The notes beneath the pieces are model-generated. The model saw nothing but the letters and a program-made list of their open reading frames with translations, was not told the origin of the DNA and made no database searches. This document shows, piece by piece, positions 1 through 13,400 of a stretch of 64,000 nucleotides of DNA (the stretch's first letter is position 1; each line of letters starts with the position of its first letter). The DNA is taken from contig NW_015165932.1 of NCBI RefSeq assembly GCF_001447785.1, positions 1 through 64,000 of the forward strand, in the 5' to 3' direction. The position numbers were made by a program, and so were the translations under genes. The stretch is from Gekko japonicus (taxonomy: Eukaryota).

Positions 1-1672
1 AACATTACATCGTCCACAAAAGCTCTGTACTTATAGGGAAATCCTTTGTTGGTTAAACCCTAAATTTCTTTATCTTCCTTAATCTGTCTCAACAGTACTT
101 CTAATATCCATATGAATAATAATGGGGATAGAGGACAACCTTGCCTCGTCCCCTTTTGTACTTTAAAGTAATCTGTCGTCTCCATATTGATTACTAATGC
201 TGCTTTTTGTTCCGAATAAATAGCTTCTATTGTATTTCTAAATTGTTCTCCAATGTCAATCTTTTCCATCACTCCATACATAAAGTCCCAATTTAAATTG
301 TCGAAAGTTTTTTCTGCATCTACAAAGAAAAATCCAACCTCTTTTTCTGGGTGTTTATCATAATATTCAATTGCATCAATCACCACTCTTATATTGTCCT
401 TTAGTAAAAAACCTGCTTGCTCCTCTTCAATAGCATCCTTTAAATATACCTTTATCCTCTCCGAAATAATTTTTGCAAAAAGTTTGTAATCATTGTTCAA
501 AAGGGAGATTTGGTCTATAATTTTTCACATCAGTTAAATCTTGTGCTTCTTTGGGGATAAGCGAAATTGTAGCTTCTTTCCACGATTCTGGTAATTTCTT
601 TGTTCTTCTTATTTCATTTACCAAGAGTTCAAAAGTCGGGACTAGCTCCTCTTTAAATTTTTTATAAAACATGGCAGTAAAACCATCTGGTCCTGGAGCT
701 TTCCCTAATTTTGTCTCCTGAATTGCTTTATAAATCTCTTCTTTCGTTATTGTGTTATTTAACATTATCTTAATATCATCTGCAATTTTTGGTATCTTCA
801 TTTTGTCCAAATAATTCCTTATTTTGTCTTTATCTGTTGATTTCTTTCGAAAAAGGTTGGCATAATATTTGAAGAATGCTCTCTTAATTCCATTACTGTC
901 CACAATTTCTTTTCCTCCTTCCATTATTCTAGTTATTTTATTCTCCCGTCTTTTCTTCGATTGCCATGACAAATATTTTCCCGGTTTATTAGCCCCTTCA
1001 AATTACTTCTGTTGCAATTTTTTCAAATTCCAATAAATTTCTTGATTCATTAAAGTGTTCAATTGTTCTTGTAGGATTTGGATCTCTCTGATTAATTTCT
1101 TTTTCCCTGGTCTTTTCTTCAATTCTTTCTCCTTTATTTGAATTTTTGCCAGTATGTTAGTTTGCTGTTCCAACCTCTTTTTTCTTTCTCTGCTGTTCAA
1201 AGATATTAACAGCCCTCTCATTACTGCTTTGTAAGCATCCCAGACTTTCTATATCTGCATATCTTGAGTCCTCTTTGTTTGAAAAAACTGCTGTTTCTTT
1301 ATTTATAATGTTTGCAATCTCTTGTTGGTCCAACAAGTCTTCATTCAGTCGCCATCTGGGTTTCTTTTTCTTTTCTTTTGATAACCATAATACTGGGTTA
1401 TGGTCGGAATTTACTTTCGGCAAAATTTCCACTTTCTGTGTTTTCAAAGCTAGGTCCCCCGTTGTCCAAATCATGTCAATCCTTGAGAAAGAATCATGTC
1501 TATTTGAGTAGAATGTAAAGTCCTTAGTTGTAGGATTCCACTTTTTCCATAAATCTTCCAATTTCTCCTGCTTAACCAATTTGAAAACAGCTTTTGGTAG
1601 CTTCCCTATCCTATCGTCTGGTTTTTTTTGACTTCCGGTCCAATTTGTTGTTAATTGTACCATTAAAGTCCA
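1..1672 (-). mobile_element. L1/Tx1-clade LINE ORF2 fragment (APE endonuclease C-half + RT N-half), 5'-truncated, frameshifted, runs off window start
   Basis: Minus-strand frames give DFN..FTFYSNRHDSFSRIDMIW..SDHNPV (APE), KAPGPDGFT, NYRP, DAEKTFDNL, GTRQGCPLSPLLF (RT) across ORFs 1157-1732, 1003-1221, 490-972, 60-500. Confidence 0.92.
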
Positions 1673-2496
1673 CCCTGAGCACTTATAGGGTGCATCAAAT
1701 CGCCATTTTTCCCCGACCAGAAGCCTCCACAAGTGGGGTTATGATATGATAGGGAAACCAAAAGAATTGTAATATTCTGCCAAAATGACACTGAGTGATG
1801 AATATTATAATAAAACATGTGGTCTTTGTTTAAGGTAGTCACAACAAACAATACTTATTTTCAATACACAATACAAGCAATGCTATTATCCAGTAAGAGA
1901 ATCACTCTATAATACTCATATCCCATCAAAGAATCTATTTAAACATGTAACATAACTACATTCAAATCAAGGTATCACAACTCAACTGTGTAGCAATCAA
2001 GATCCAAAAATGAGTCCAAGAGATCACAGTCTTTAATCTTGATCTACGCAGACCAATGAAGATGAGACAAAGACTCCAGATTATTCTATACTTCATTTCA
2101 TGTAAACTTCCTCAAATCATTGACTGCTTTTGTAGCTAAATATAGTTAAAATAGGCAGCCACTCCTCAAATAGTATTATTCTTATGGTGCACATTTCTGC
2201 AGTTGTTACAATGACTTACAATGCACTCAATCACTCACTTCCTATGGAACTAATCCTTGAATTGTAATAGTTGCCTGAGCATACTCACCATAACAACATA
2301 ATTAGCTGAACTTTAGTTATATGTTACGTTTATTTTACTTTTGTCTTTTTAAGTTTCTTGAGTTTCCTTTTTAAGAATTATAATTATCATATGACATTGC
2401 ATGTAGTGTAGCCAGGAGATCTAAAGATTGTCTGGCAGCCTTAAATTATAATCCTTTTACTGTTATGCACCACTAGGTGGTGACCTAGACTTTGGA

Positions 2497-2630
2497 GGGG
2501 CTGAGAGAGCTCTGAGAGCTGTGACTGACCCAAGGTCACCCAGCAGGCTTCACGTGGAGGAAGTGTGGAATCGAACCTGATTCTCCAGACCAGAGCTCGC
2601 CACTCTTAACCACTACCCCATGCTGGCTCT
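2497..2630 (-). mobile_element. tRNA-derived squamate SINE (5' part)
   Basis: Reverse complement starts GAGAGCCAGCATGGGGTAGTGGTTAAGAG (A box) and contains GGTTCGATTCC (B box). Confidence 0.75.
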
Positions 2631-2696
2631 CATACTATAAAAGAAAAATACTTTTAAAGAGTTAAAATATTATGAAGTATGATCTGGGGATGTAGC

Positions 2697-2855
2697 TGTC
2701 AGTATAGGCAAGATCACAGCATGTCATGTACATGAGTTAGATCCAGATGATCTAGAGTGACAGCCAGAAGGTCACATGATACCTATGGTTTCATCACATC
2801 TGCAGATGTCAGAATGACTAAGCAATTGTACAGCACTGAACTATGATTGGTCAAC
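2697..2855 (+). repeat. Copia 5' LTR remnant (first 159 bp only)
   Basis: Matches 5440-5598 with 2 differences by eye, then fuses directly to pol. Confidence 0.92.
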
Positions 2856-5450
2856 GTCTTCTACATAGAAGGTTGGGGCATGTAAATTTTCACACTATAG
2901 GTAAAACCCTTGAGTGTTTGGGAAATACAAAAGTTAAGAAGTGTGATAACTACCTAGAATGCAATGTTTGTAAGCAATCTAAATCACAAGCCTACGCAGT
3001 TGCAAAGGTCAGTGGGAGAGTGACTAATGAACCGTTAGAATTAGTCCATGCCAACATAATTGGTCCATTTCCAAACAGTGTGTCGGGCAGAAAATTCCTT
3101 CTTTTGGTAGTTGATGATTATTCAAGATTTTGCTAGACTTATCCTCTGTGTAAGAAATCTGGGACATGTGCTACTATTAAGCAATGGGCTGCAAATGTTC
3201 AGAGGCAGCTAGAATGTTTGATTTGCTCTTTCCAAACTGATATGGGGGGAGAGTTTATGTCTGAGGAGTTACAAAAATGGTTAAAATTACATGGGATTGA
3301 GCACAGGGTCACTAATGTATGCACACCCCAGGAAAATGGCATTGTTGAAAGACAAGGTGCTATATTGCAAACGATGATGCATGCCTTAATTAATGACTCT
3401 GAACTACCCATTTTGTTCTGGGCTGAAGCTATGAAGTTTGCATGCTACACTCTGAACTGTGTGTGGACAAAAGCTATAAATGACATCCCTTATAAGGCTT
3501 TATATGGGAAACAACCTAGCTTAGAGCATCTTAGAATTTTTGGCACCAAAGCCTGGGTAAACATCCCCTTAAAGCAGAGACATAAAGGAAAAGCAAGGGC
3601 AGAGAAGCTAACCTTCTTGGGCTATCAGACAGGCATTCTCCAACCCACACAATATGCTTAAATATAGCAGATCAGCTAATTTCTGTGAAAATGCTAATTG
3701 GTCCAAAATCCATGCTCAAGTGTTGTTACCATTAACTGAGAACACTGAGGAAACTCAGGAGGTGAAGCAGGAGGTTCATTCACCTGCTAGGTCAACCTCT
3801 GGGGATGAGCAGAGTGTGCAGCAACCACTCAGAGTTTCTAGCCGCTCTACTAAAGGTGTGCCACCACAAAGGTACGGGATTAATCACATGTATATTCCCA
3901 ATGACTATGATGATGTGTTGTCACTTAAGGGAGAACAGAAAAATGTTTGGTTGAAGGCAATGCAACCAGAGTACAATTCTTTACAGTCCCATGAAGTGTT
4001 TTCACCTAGTGAGTTGCCAAAGGACAAAAAGGCACTAGGGTATAGGTGGTTATTCAAGGTAAAGTCCACAAATGATGGTGACATAAAATATAAAGCTCGT
4101 TTGGTCGCTAAAGGCTTCCTGCAAAATGAAGGGACAGATTTCCATGAATGTTTCAGTCCTACGATAAGAATGGAAAGTGTAAAGGCAGCACTTGTGCTCG
4201 CTGCTCTTAGAGGTATGACTGTAAATCATTTTGACTTTGAGACAGCATATCTCAATGCACCTCTTAAGGAGGAATTATATCTCAAACAGATACCAGGTTT
4301 CGAGTGTACAAATCCAGATATGGAGTTGCGTTTGCATAAAGGGCTCTATGGATTGCGTCAGAGTGCATATCTCTGGGGAGAATGCTTGAAAGAAGCTTTA
4401 ACAAAACTAGGTTTCAGGCAGAGTATTGCTGATCCCTGTCTGTATAGTGTCAGCATACACAATCAACAGTGTTATGTGCTCGTGTTTGTTGATGACATTT
4501 GCTTCCTGCATTATGATGATAAACAGTTAGTTTGGTTCACCAAAACAATGCAGCAACAATTCAATGTAAAAGACCTGGGCCACATCCAAAACTATTTGGG
4601 AGTACAAATCTCCAAAAATGTTCAAGGATTTTTTGAGTTAAGTCAGGTGGACAAAATTGCACAATTATTGGAGAAGTATAATATGACCGAAGCTCATTGT
4701 GTAGATACTCCTATGACTACAAACTATTGTAAAGAAAGTGATGAAAAAATGTTTGACAACAAAAATCTGTATCGGTCACTAATTGGGTCATTGTTATATC
4801 TAGCGTGTTCTACCAGACCAGATATCTGTATAGCAGTGCACTGGTTGACACAAAAGTGTTCTAGTCCGACTGAGGGGGACTGGAAAGCAGCCAAAAGAGT
4901 GTTAAGGTATCTGAAAGGTACTGTAAACAAAAAACTTGTTCTAAATGTGACTGCAGGCATGGAACTATTTGGATATAGTGATGCCAGCTGGGGAAAGAGG
5001 CCAGATGGAAGGTCTACCTCAGGTTTTGCCATTTTTATGTACGGGGCTTTGATAGCATGGAACTCAATTAAATAGACCCATGTATCGACCAGTACTTGTG
5101 AAGCGAAATTCTCAGCAGTAAGTGATTGCATCATCCAGATGGAGTGGTTTCACCAACTACTGCTAGACCTTGATGTACAATGTAAATTGCCAATGTCAAT
5201 ATACTGTGACAGTTCTGCTGCTAGGCAACTAGCAAGTAATCAAGGAGTGCATACTAGCAGTAAGCACATACTGATTAGGTACCAGAATGTTAAGGACGCT
5301 ATATGTTGTGGATTGATACAATTGGTACAGTGTTCAAGTGATGACAACATTGCTGATGTATTTAATAAGAATTTACCAAAAGAAAGATTTGCAATGTTAT
5401 GTGATAAAATGCCCATGACTCGCTGTATCTTGGGAGGCGTGTCAGTATAG
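2856..5450 (+). pseudogene. Copia pol remnant (GAG-pre-integrase, rve integrase, RVT_2, RNase H)
   Basis: LHRRLGH, VDDYSRF, QTDMGGEF, PQENGIVER, YKARLVAKG, LYGLRQS, VFVDD, GYSDASWG, IYCDS, KHI, IADVFNK; in-frame TAG at 3134-3136 (conserved W) and 5073-5075 (conserved Q); frameshift near 3650. Confidence 0.93.
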
Positions 5451-5782
5451 GCAAGATCACAGCATGTCATGTACATGAGTTAGATCCAGATGATCTAGAG
5501 TGACAGCCAGAAGGTCACATGATACCTATGGTTGCATCATATCTGCAGATGTCAGAATGACTAAGCAATTGTACAGCACTGAACTATGATTGGTCAACAT
5601 GTGTATATATTGTAATGAGTTCTTGACCAAGTAGCCTGCCTTATGGTTGTATTTTCAGTGAAGCACTTTGTCAGTCAGAACTGTGAACTGCTGCAAAGTT
5701 GTGTGTATGTATATAGCTCTGTAAATAAACTGTTTATACTCTACCACAACACCTCTGCTACTTCTGACTTCAAACACCATCA
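5440..5782 (+). repeat. Copia 3' LTR (343 bp, complete)
   Basis: TGTCAG...CCATCA, TATA-like TATATA (~5604), AATAAA (~5724), preceded by PPT and followed by TSD. Confidence 0.92.
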
Positions 5783-5797
5783 GTAGCATGGTATGGT

Positions 5798-5910
5798 ATA
5801 GCCCCATCTCATCAGAAACTAAGTAGGGTCAGTACTTGGATGGGGATGACTCTGCAGAGGAAGGCAATGGCAAACCAACATTACTTCTCAGTTTCCTTGA
5901 AAGCCCCATG
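5798..5910 (+). mobile_element. 5S rRNA-derived SINE, degenerate
   Basis: ATCTCATCAGAAACTAAGTAGGGTCAGTACTTGGATGGG resembles the 5S internal control region, followed by a GAGGAAGGCAATGGCAAACC body. Confidence 0.6.
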
Positions 5911-6574
5911 CTGTTCTCACCATACATTGGCTGAGAATAGACAGCACATATACACATAAGGGTGATATGAGCAAAACCTTCCATGCCCTTCTCTCTGCTT
6001 AGGAAGCCTGCATGTTCAAAAAATTTCCTCCTCCCAGGTCTGACAATTCTATTTGGTAGCATTACTAGCCATACAGTTGTTCAATAAAGCAAATGAATCA
6101 ATCCAGCTTCAAAGCATTTGGTGATTTTCAGTCTTCTAATCTCCTAAAACATTAGTTACAGAATAACACATTTTGTTGATTGTTCTCACTATGTATAATC
6201 TGTCTTGAGGCCATGTGAGAAAGGCCGATTGTAAACAATGTAAATAAATAAATAAGCCACAAATAGTCCACCATGTTTATTAACCTGACATAATATCATC
6301 ACAAGTATTTTGTTTTTGCAAGGAGATCTAGTTTCCTTCCCAGATGACAACCACTGTTTCTACAACATTTACACTCTAACAGATTAAATAACACACTGGA
6401 AAACAAAGAATTAAATATAGATAAAATGATTGACAGGGCATTGGAACATGAAAAGTATTGTTCCATAGAGATAAATTTCAGAGTCTAATCGAATTTGTGC
6501 CTATGAGTTTATCAAAATTTCACCATTAATTATGACATGTTTTATAACTTTATGGACATAGACTTTAAGATTTG

Positions 6575-7476
6575 TTAATTGTTTCTCCTTATTAGTTGCC
6601 CTCTGCTGTTAAGTTTCGGTCTCAGTACAATGATATAACATTTAGGAGAAAAGATACAGCCTAGTAACCCAGCACTGGAGGCCAAGATGGAGAAGACCTC
6701 CACGGCCACCATGTCTTTTCCTCTTGTGCTCAGATAGGTTGGAACAAAAGACAGCCAAACACTGCAGAACACCAACATACTGAAGGTGATGAATTTGGCT
6801 TCATTGAAACTGTCTGGTAACTTCCTGGCAAGGAAAGCCACAACAAAGCTGATAAATGCCATGAATCCCAAAAATCCTAAAACACAGTAAAACATGGTGA
6901 CAGACCCTTCATTACATTCCAGTATAATTTTGTCAGTCATTGAGTACACATCAAAATCTGGGAATGGAGGAGTTGTCGTTAGCCATGCAGTACAAATTAT
7001 GCCCTGAACAAGGGAGCAGGAAAGAACAATGCAACTGGCCAGTTGGCTCCCCACCCATTTCCTCATCCTGGACCCCGGCTTGGTGGCCATGAAAGCTAGA
7101 ATGACAATGAGGGTTTTGGCCAGTATGCAGGAAACAGCCACTGAGAAGATGATGCCAAAAACACTTTGTCGAAGGAGACATGTTAGGTTTTCTGGTTGAC
7201 CAATGAATAGAAAAGCACAAAGGAAGGAGAGGAGGAGGGAGATGAGGAGGATGTAGGTGAGGTTCCTGTTGTTGGCTTTAACTATGGGAGTTTCCTGGTG
7301 TTTAATGAAGATCCCAAGCACCAAAACTGTGATGAAACAAAAAGAAATGGCAGAAATAGCCAGACTTATCCCCAAAGGTTCTTTATAAGACAAGTAGCTT
7401 ATATTTTTGGGAATGCATGAGTCTTGCTTATTGTTTGGATTCTGATCTTCTGGGCATTGAAAACACTCATCTATGT
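6575..7476 (-). CDS. Vmn2r: V2R-1 exon 6 (Cys-rich end + 7TM)
   Basis: TTTCAG|AC acceptor; [12 protein letters not shown]...RRNN*. Confidence 0.95.
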
Positions 7477-10400
7477 CTGAAAAAAGAAAATAGCTGTACT
7501 CATTACAGTAACAAGATTTTACTATTGCAAAGTCATGAACTAAACTATATCAGATTCTGAAAGACAATTTTCAGCCTTGTCATGGAATTATATTCCTAAA
7601 AAGTATACTCAGAGAAGATCCAGAATTAATTTAGCTCTTAAATTTCTAGAAAAGCTCAGCCCCTTCATAGACAGAATGATATCTCCTTGGATATCATCTT
7701 TCCTACCAGTGCCATGTTCTTCAGTCAAGTGTCATGTTATAGAGAAAACCATGCATGTATCACTTATGACGTCACTTTTTCACAAATTTAAAATCCTTCA
7801 TACTCCCTATCTGATTTTTTTTTATTCTTTTGTTTGAGTAAGGTATAGAACAATAGAATAAGCACATCACTGGCCCTCTTATCAGCAATAAATCAGGAAT
7901 GACTTGCTAAGCTACATTAAGGTAAGTCTGTACATGTTGGATCACATGTTGGACACATGTTAGATCACAGCCAATGCTTTAGACAACTCTATATAATCAT
8001 ATATTACCTTCTTGGTTTGAAATCTTCCCTTGTGGACATGGCTGGCAAACATAGCAGCAAAATGGCTTCCCTTCCTTCTTCACTTTGTGATAACCCAAAT
8101 GACATTGGTCATTGCACAGAGAACGAGGCTGTATCTGTCCATAAGTGAAAGTCAAAGTTTTAACATTCAGAATGATGTACTTCATTTATAAAATGACACT
8201 TAAGAAGTAGGTTGTTGTTGGTCTAATATATGGGTGCTACTTCTAGAGAATATGTGACATGCAATTCTTTGTTTGTTTTTACTATGTAGTAAGACCTTGG
8301 GTTTATTTATTTATTTATTTTTCACATTTATATCCTGCCCATCCCGTAAACGGGCTCAGGGCGGGTTACAATATTTTAATAAATACAATAACATTTAAAA
8401 CACATTAAAACATATGTAAAACATATCTATGGGAATACATCCAATTTTAGTTTATATTTCTACGCTTTGATGTGATCTGCTCATTTCCTTTACGGCTACT
8501 GCAGATTTTGCCATGAATATGTTTAGCTATTGAACCTACCATGTGTTGGATCCCCAGGCATTCGAAATAACTCCACGTTTGTTTCAAAGCAAGGTTTATT
8601 TCAAAGCGATGGTTCAAGCCGGAACAAGGACATTGTTAGGAATGACTACCAATATACATGCAAAACATAATAAAGAAAATTGAACCAGTTTAGAACCAAT
8701 GAGCCCAGTTCCCGCGGGCGGGAATGGGCATGGAAACTCGCGCCCATTTCATGGGAACGTAACCGTTCACTAGAATCAACATAGGTTCAGTTCTCAGGGC
8801 AGATACCCATAACAAGCAGAGCGAAGCTGCGACTCCCACCAGCTGCATGACCTTGGCCAGTTCCGCAGAAAACAACTACACAGCATATGAACTCTACAAT
8901 AACGAGGGGGGGGGAAGGCACCCTAGGTGTGAAGCAGGTAATCCCAGATATAATGGCAGCTAGCTGACATACTGCCCCCTCAAAATTACCCATTAACCAC
9001 CACCTCCCGGATTCGGTGGGAGACCTCCCGGTTTGCCCGGGAACTTTTTGTGGAACCTTTGCAACATGTAAGGGGCCCGAATATCCCCTTCTTCCACCCA
9101 TTCCTGGTGCTGGGGACCGAAATCAACCCATTGAATGAGGTACCACAGTTTACCACGCTTAATTCTAGAATCCAGGATGTCAGCAATCTCGAAATGTTCA
9201 TCCCCGTCGAGAATGATGGGAGGAGGGGAATCGCGTGCTGGCCTCCACTTACCATGGCCAGTGTCCTTTTTCAAGAGACTCATGTGAAATACAGAATGCA
9301 AAGACTTCAAATTTTTAGGCAACTCAACGTCTACAGCCACATCATTGATAATGCGCCGCACCTTGAATGGCCCAATGAATTTCCAACTCAGCTTTCTACA
9401 AGGTTGCAGGAGTTTGATATTTTTCATTGACACATAAACAAAATCACCAGGCTTGAGGTCCCAACCCTCCACCCTTCCTCTATCAGCCTGATGTTTGTAA
9501 GCTCGTTTGGCATCATCCAAAGTAGAACATAACAATGGCCAGGCATCCTGCAAAGATTTACACCACAACCCTGCATCAGTATGCTGAAGAGGAGTGGGCC
9601 CTCCTAGAAATGGTAAAGGAGAGCTGTCATATCCAAGAGCAGCCTTGAAAGGAGACATATTAATAGAGTTATGGAATGTGTTATTATAACAATATTCAGC
9701 CAGTGGAAGCAAGTCACACCAATCATTCTGCTGGTAATTAGAAAAACAACGCAAATATTGCTCCAAAGTTTGATTTACGCGTTCTGTCTGGCCGTCAGTC
9801 TCTGGGTGGTAAGCGCTACTCAAACCCTGCTCCACCCCCATCAGTTTCATCAATTCCCTCCAAAACTTAGAAACAAATTGTGTCCCACGGTCCGATATCA
9901 CCTTAGCTGATTTTACGTGGGGGGATTTTACGTGGTGTAGAAACAATTTTGCCAGTTTTTGAGCCGTTGGGAGGGACGGAAGGGGAATAAAATGGCTTTG
10001 CTTGGACAGCAAGTCCACCACGACCCAAATCACAGTTTTCCCTTTACTGAGGGGAAGATCAGTAATAAAATCCATAGAAATCACCTCCCAAGGCCTGGAT
10101 GGAGTGGGGAGGGGATGTAGAAGACCAGGGGTTTTGCCCCCCCTTGGTTTGGACAATGCGCAAGTTTGACAGGTGCGAACAAAGTCCAGGAGATCTTTGC
10201 GCATGTGCGGCCACCAAAACTGCCGCCGTAGTAGCTGGAGGGATTTCACGAAACTCCAATGACCCGCCAGCTTAGATCCGTGAGCGAGGTGTAGAACTTC
10301 CCTGCGAAGAGAAACAGGCATATACAGTTTATTGTCAGAATAGACCAACCCCTCCGGGCTGCGGACACAACCTTGCAATGTAGCAATGACGTCTTCATCT

Positions 10401-13400
10401 TCCTGAGAGAACTCCGCACGGTAATGCCCCCCACAATCCGGTGAGGGAAAGGGTGGAGTAGAAGTAACAGGAGACGAGGCAGGCTTGGGAAGTTTGTGCG
10501 CTTGTGCCCTCGTCACGACCGCCCCTCCCAACTGGGCGGGTGTGAAGATCGAGTCAATGATGACTTCATGCAAGCTCTCGTGTTGCGGGAGGCGGGACAA
10601 GGCATCGGCCAGCGAGTTAGAAGACCCGGGGAAATGGTGCAGTGTGAACTGGAACTTTGAGAAAAAGTCTGCCCATCGCAATTGCTTGGCATTGAGAGAA
10701 CGGGGGGATTTTAGGGTCTCAAGGTTTTTATGATCAGTCCAGACCTCAAAAGGGACCCTAGCCCCCTCCAGCCAATGGCGCCATGTGGAAAGGGCCAGGC
10801 GAATCGCCGAAGCTTCTTTCTCCCACACACTCCAGTGGCGTTCAGCATCAGAAAACTTCTTGGACACAAATGCTAGCTGATGCAATTTCCCATCCACCCC
10901 CTCCTGTAGAATCGTTGCTCCCATAGCTACATCAGATGCGTCTGTTTGGACAATGAATTTTTTCTCCTCATCAGGGTGGGCCAAGATTGGTTCGGAGGTG
11001 AACATGCTTTTCAATTTATTAAACGTCGCATCACATTCTGGTGTCCATTTCAGCGGAGCCCCCGGTATCGTAGCGTCAAAACCCTTCCCCTTTGTTTTTA
11101 ACAAGTCAGTGAGGGGCAGGGCTATTTGGGCGAACCCCTTTATAAAAAATCTGTAAAAATTAGAGAATCCTAAAAATGCTTGGAGTTGTCGCCTGGTTTG
11201 GGGGGGTTCCCACTCTACCACATCCTTAATCTTCCCGGGATCCATTTCCAACCCTCCTCCCGAGATCCGGTAGCCCAAAAAGTCAATGTGTGGTTGTTGA
11301 AACTCACATTTAGGGAGCTTGGCAAACAATTTGTGCTTATGCAATGTTTTAAGGACTTTTCGGACCAATTTGACATGGGAGGGGAGGTCTTGAGAGTACA
11401 GTAAAATGTCATCCAAGTAAATAAGTACACCCTTAAACAAATACTCATGTAACACCTCATTAATCAAGTTCATGAAGACCCCAGGAGCCCCCTGAAGGCC
11501 GAAGGGCATTACTAAGTACTCGAATTGCCCCAGCGGGGTATTGAACGCAGTCTTTCCCTCATCCCCTTCCCTGATTCGCACCCGGAAGTAATCATCACGC
11601 AGATCGAGTTTGGGAAAAATCTTCCCTTTGGTAGCCTCCGCAACCAAGTCTTTAATCAAAGGGAGGGGGTACGCGTTAGTAGCGGAAATTGCGTTCAAAC
11701 CCCTGTAGTCGGTGCACAAACGGAGCCCCCCATCCTTCTTTTTCCTGAAGAGCACAGGGGCGGCAAAAGGAGAGGAGGCAGGGCGGATGAAACCCCGGGC
11801 AAGGTTCTTGTCAATGAACTTGCGGAGCTCCAGTTTTTCCGCGGGCCCCATGGCGTAGATCTTCCCCTTTGGGAGTTTGCAGCCCGGTAACAGCTCAATG
11901 CCACAACCTGATTTGCGATGGGGGGGCAGTTCGTCCGCCTCCTCTTCCCCAAAGACCTGTGCTAAGTCATGATACTTCGGGGGGAGGGACGCCAGTTCTT
12001 CTGCTGTTAAGGCAGCGCAAGGAAAGTCAAGTGCAGGCGGGGCCCCCCATGTTTCGTCCCAACGGTGCTCCTGGCATTTAGGGGAGACAAAGTCAATTCT
12101 GCCCTCCTCCCACAGTACATAGGGATCGTGAGAATACAACCATAGGGCTCCTAGAACCAGAGCAAACTGCGATTTGGGAGTTACCACAAAAGACCTTTCT
12201 TCCCAATGGGCACTCGCACCCACTCTCAATGGCATAGTCTCATGAGTACAAGGGTCCATGGGCGCCCCATCCATCTGTGTAAAGATAATCGGGGACTTGA
12301 GTCTCTTTATGCCTGCTTCCAAACTAGCCACCACTGTGGGGCTAATCAAGTCTCTCCCACACCCCGAATCGATCAGTGCTTTTACTCGCACATGCGTTCC
12401 TAGGTTGGGGTTCAAAAGCGAGACCGTGACAAAAAATAAAGAGGGGGGCTCTCTCACCACTATAGGCACCTCCTGGTCCAAAAGGTCCTGCCGTTGTGCG
12501 CCTTTCACAGCAGGACATTCTCGTTTCCCGTCGGCTCAGGCTCAGAGTCGTTTGAGTCCTCCTGGGGTTCCTCCGATGCGGCTTGCAAAGCCGTGGAGAA
12601 TTTGGGTTTGGCGCTCCCTCTTTTTTGTTGGGTAGCTGGTTTCCCTTTCGGCGTCGGTGGTGCTGTCTTGTCCTTCCCTTGTCCGGTTCCGCAGTTTGCC
12701 GCGAAATGGCCCCTTTCCCCGCATTTCAGGCAAAGACCCATCTTCATCCTCAGGTCTCTGGCCGCGTCCGACAGGTGCCCTGGTTTAGGCTTCGAAGTGG
12801 TGTGTGGGGTCCCTCTCCCCCCACTGGCTGCCAAGTCTAGCCGGATGGTCTGGAGGCGGCTCTCCGCGTTCTCCGCTTCTTGAGCCCATGCCATCAAAGA
12901 ATTCAGGTCTACCGAGCGTAACACAGTCTCTCTGATCTCCGCATTCAGACCCACTCTATACATTTCCACCAAAATTTTGTCAGGCCAATCGCGTAACTTA
13001 GCGGCATGATTATGGAACTCAGCAGTGTAGTCTTTCACCGAGCGTCGCCCTTGCTTGAACGTGCGTAGAAAAGCTTTAGCCCGGTTTTCTGCATTTACAT
13101 CCTCAAACTGGGTTCTTAGTGCCCACATGAAATCTCGTAAGTTAAACAGTTCAGGGCCCTGGTTAGAGTGTAATCCCACATACCAGGTCGCAGCTGCTCC
13201 TTTCAATCGGGAAGCAATCACGTCGATTTGACCGCTGTCATCGGGAAACAGGTGTCCATGCTGGGTTACGAATTTTTGGACCCTCACTGTAAAGAAAGCC
13301 AGTTCTTCCGGGTTCCCGTCAAATGTGGCATCCAGTAAGTCCTTTGGCCTCGCCCTTGGTTCCGCTGGTGGGAGTCCAGGTGCCCCGGGTCCTCCCGGAG

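Larger units (their letters stand above)
2697..5782 (+). mobile_element. Ty1/Copia LTR retrotransposon, internally deleted (no PBS/gag/protease)
   Basis: TG...CA ends, 5-bp TSD GTAGC (2692-2696, 5783-5787), PPT-like TGGGAGGCG (5431-5439), domain order pre-integrase-IN-RT-RNaseH. Confidence 0.95.

Noticed and set aside
1673-2430. AT-rich stretch next to the L1 5' end, considered as an inverted L1 piece or another element
   Set aside because: No recognisable protein motif or terminal structure could be supported by eye
2850-2860. Spliced subgenomic RNA as origin of the LTR-pol fusions (Copia and second Gypsy)
   Set aside because: The Copia breakpoint lies upstream of the LTR TATA-like box, the Gypsy breakpoint has no GT donor, and PBS loss would block normal reverse transcription; DNA-level deletion is simpler
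9050-12883. Many plus-strand ORFs antisense to Gypsy gag/pol, and short ORFs within the LTRs
   Set aside because: Shadow ORFs of a GC-rich coding strand with no recognisable domains; no env-like gene was seen
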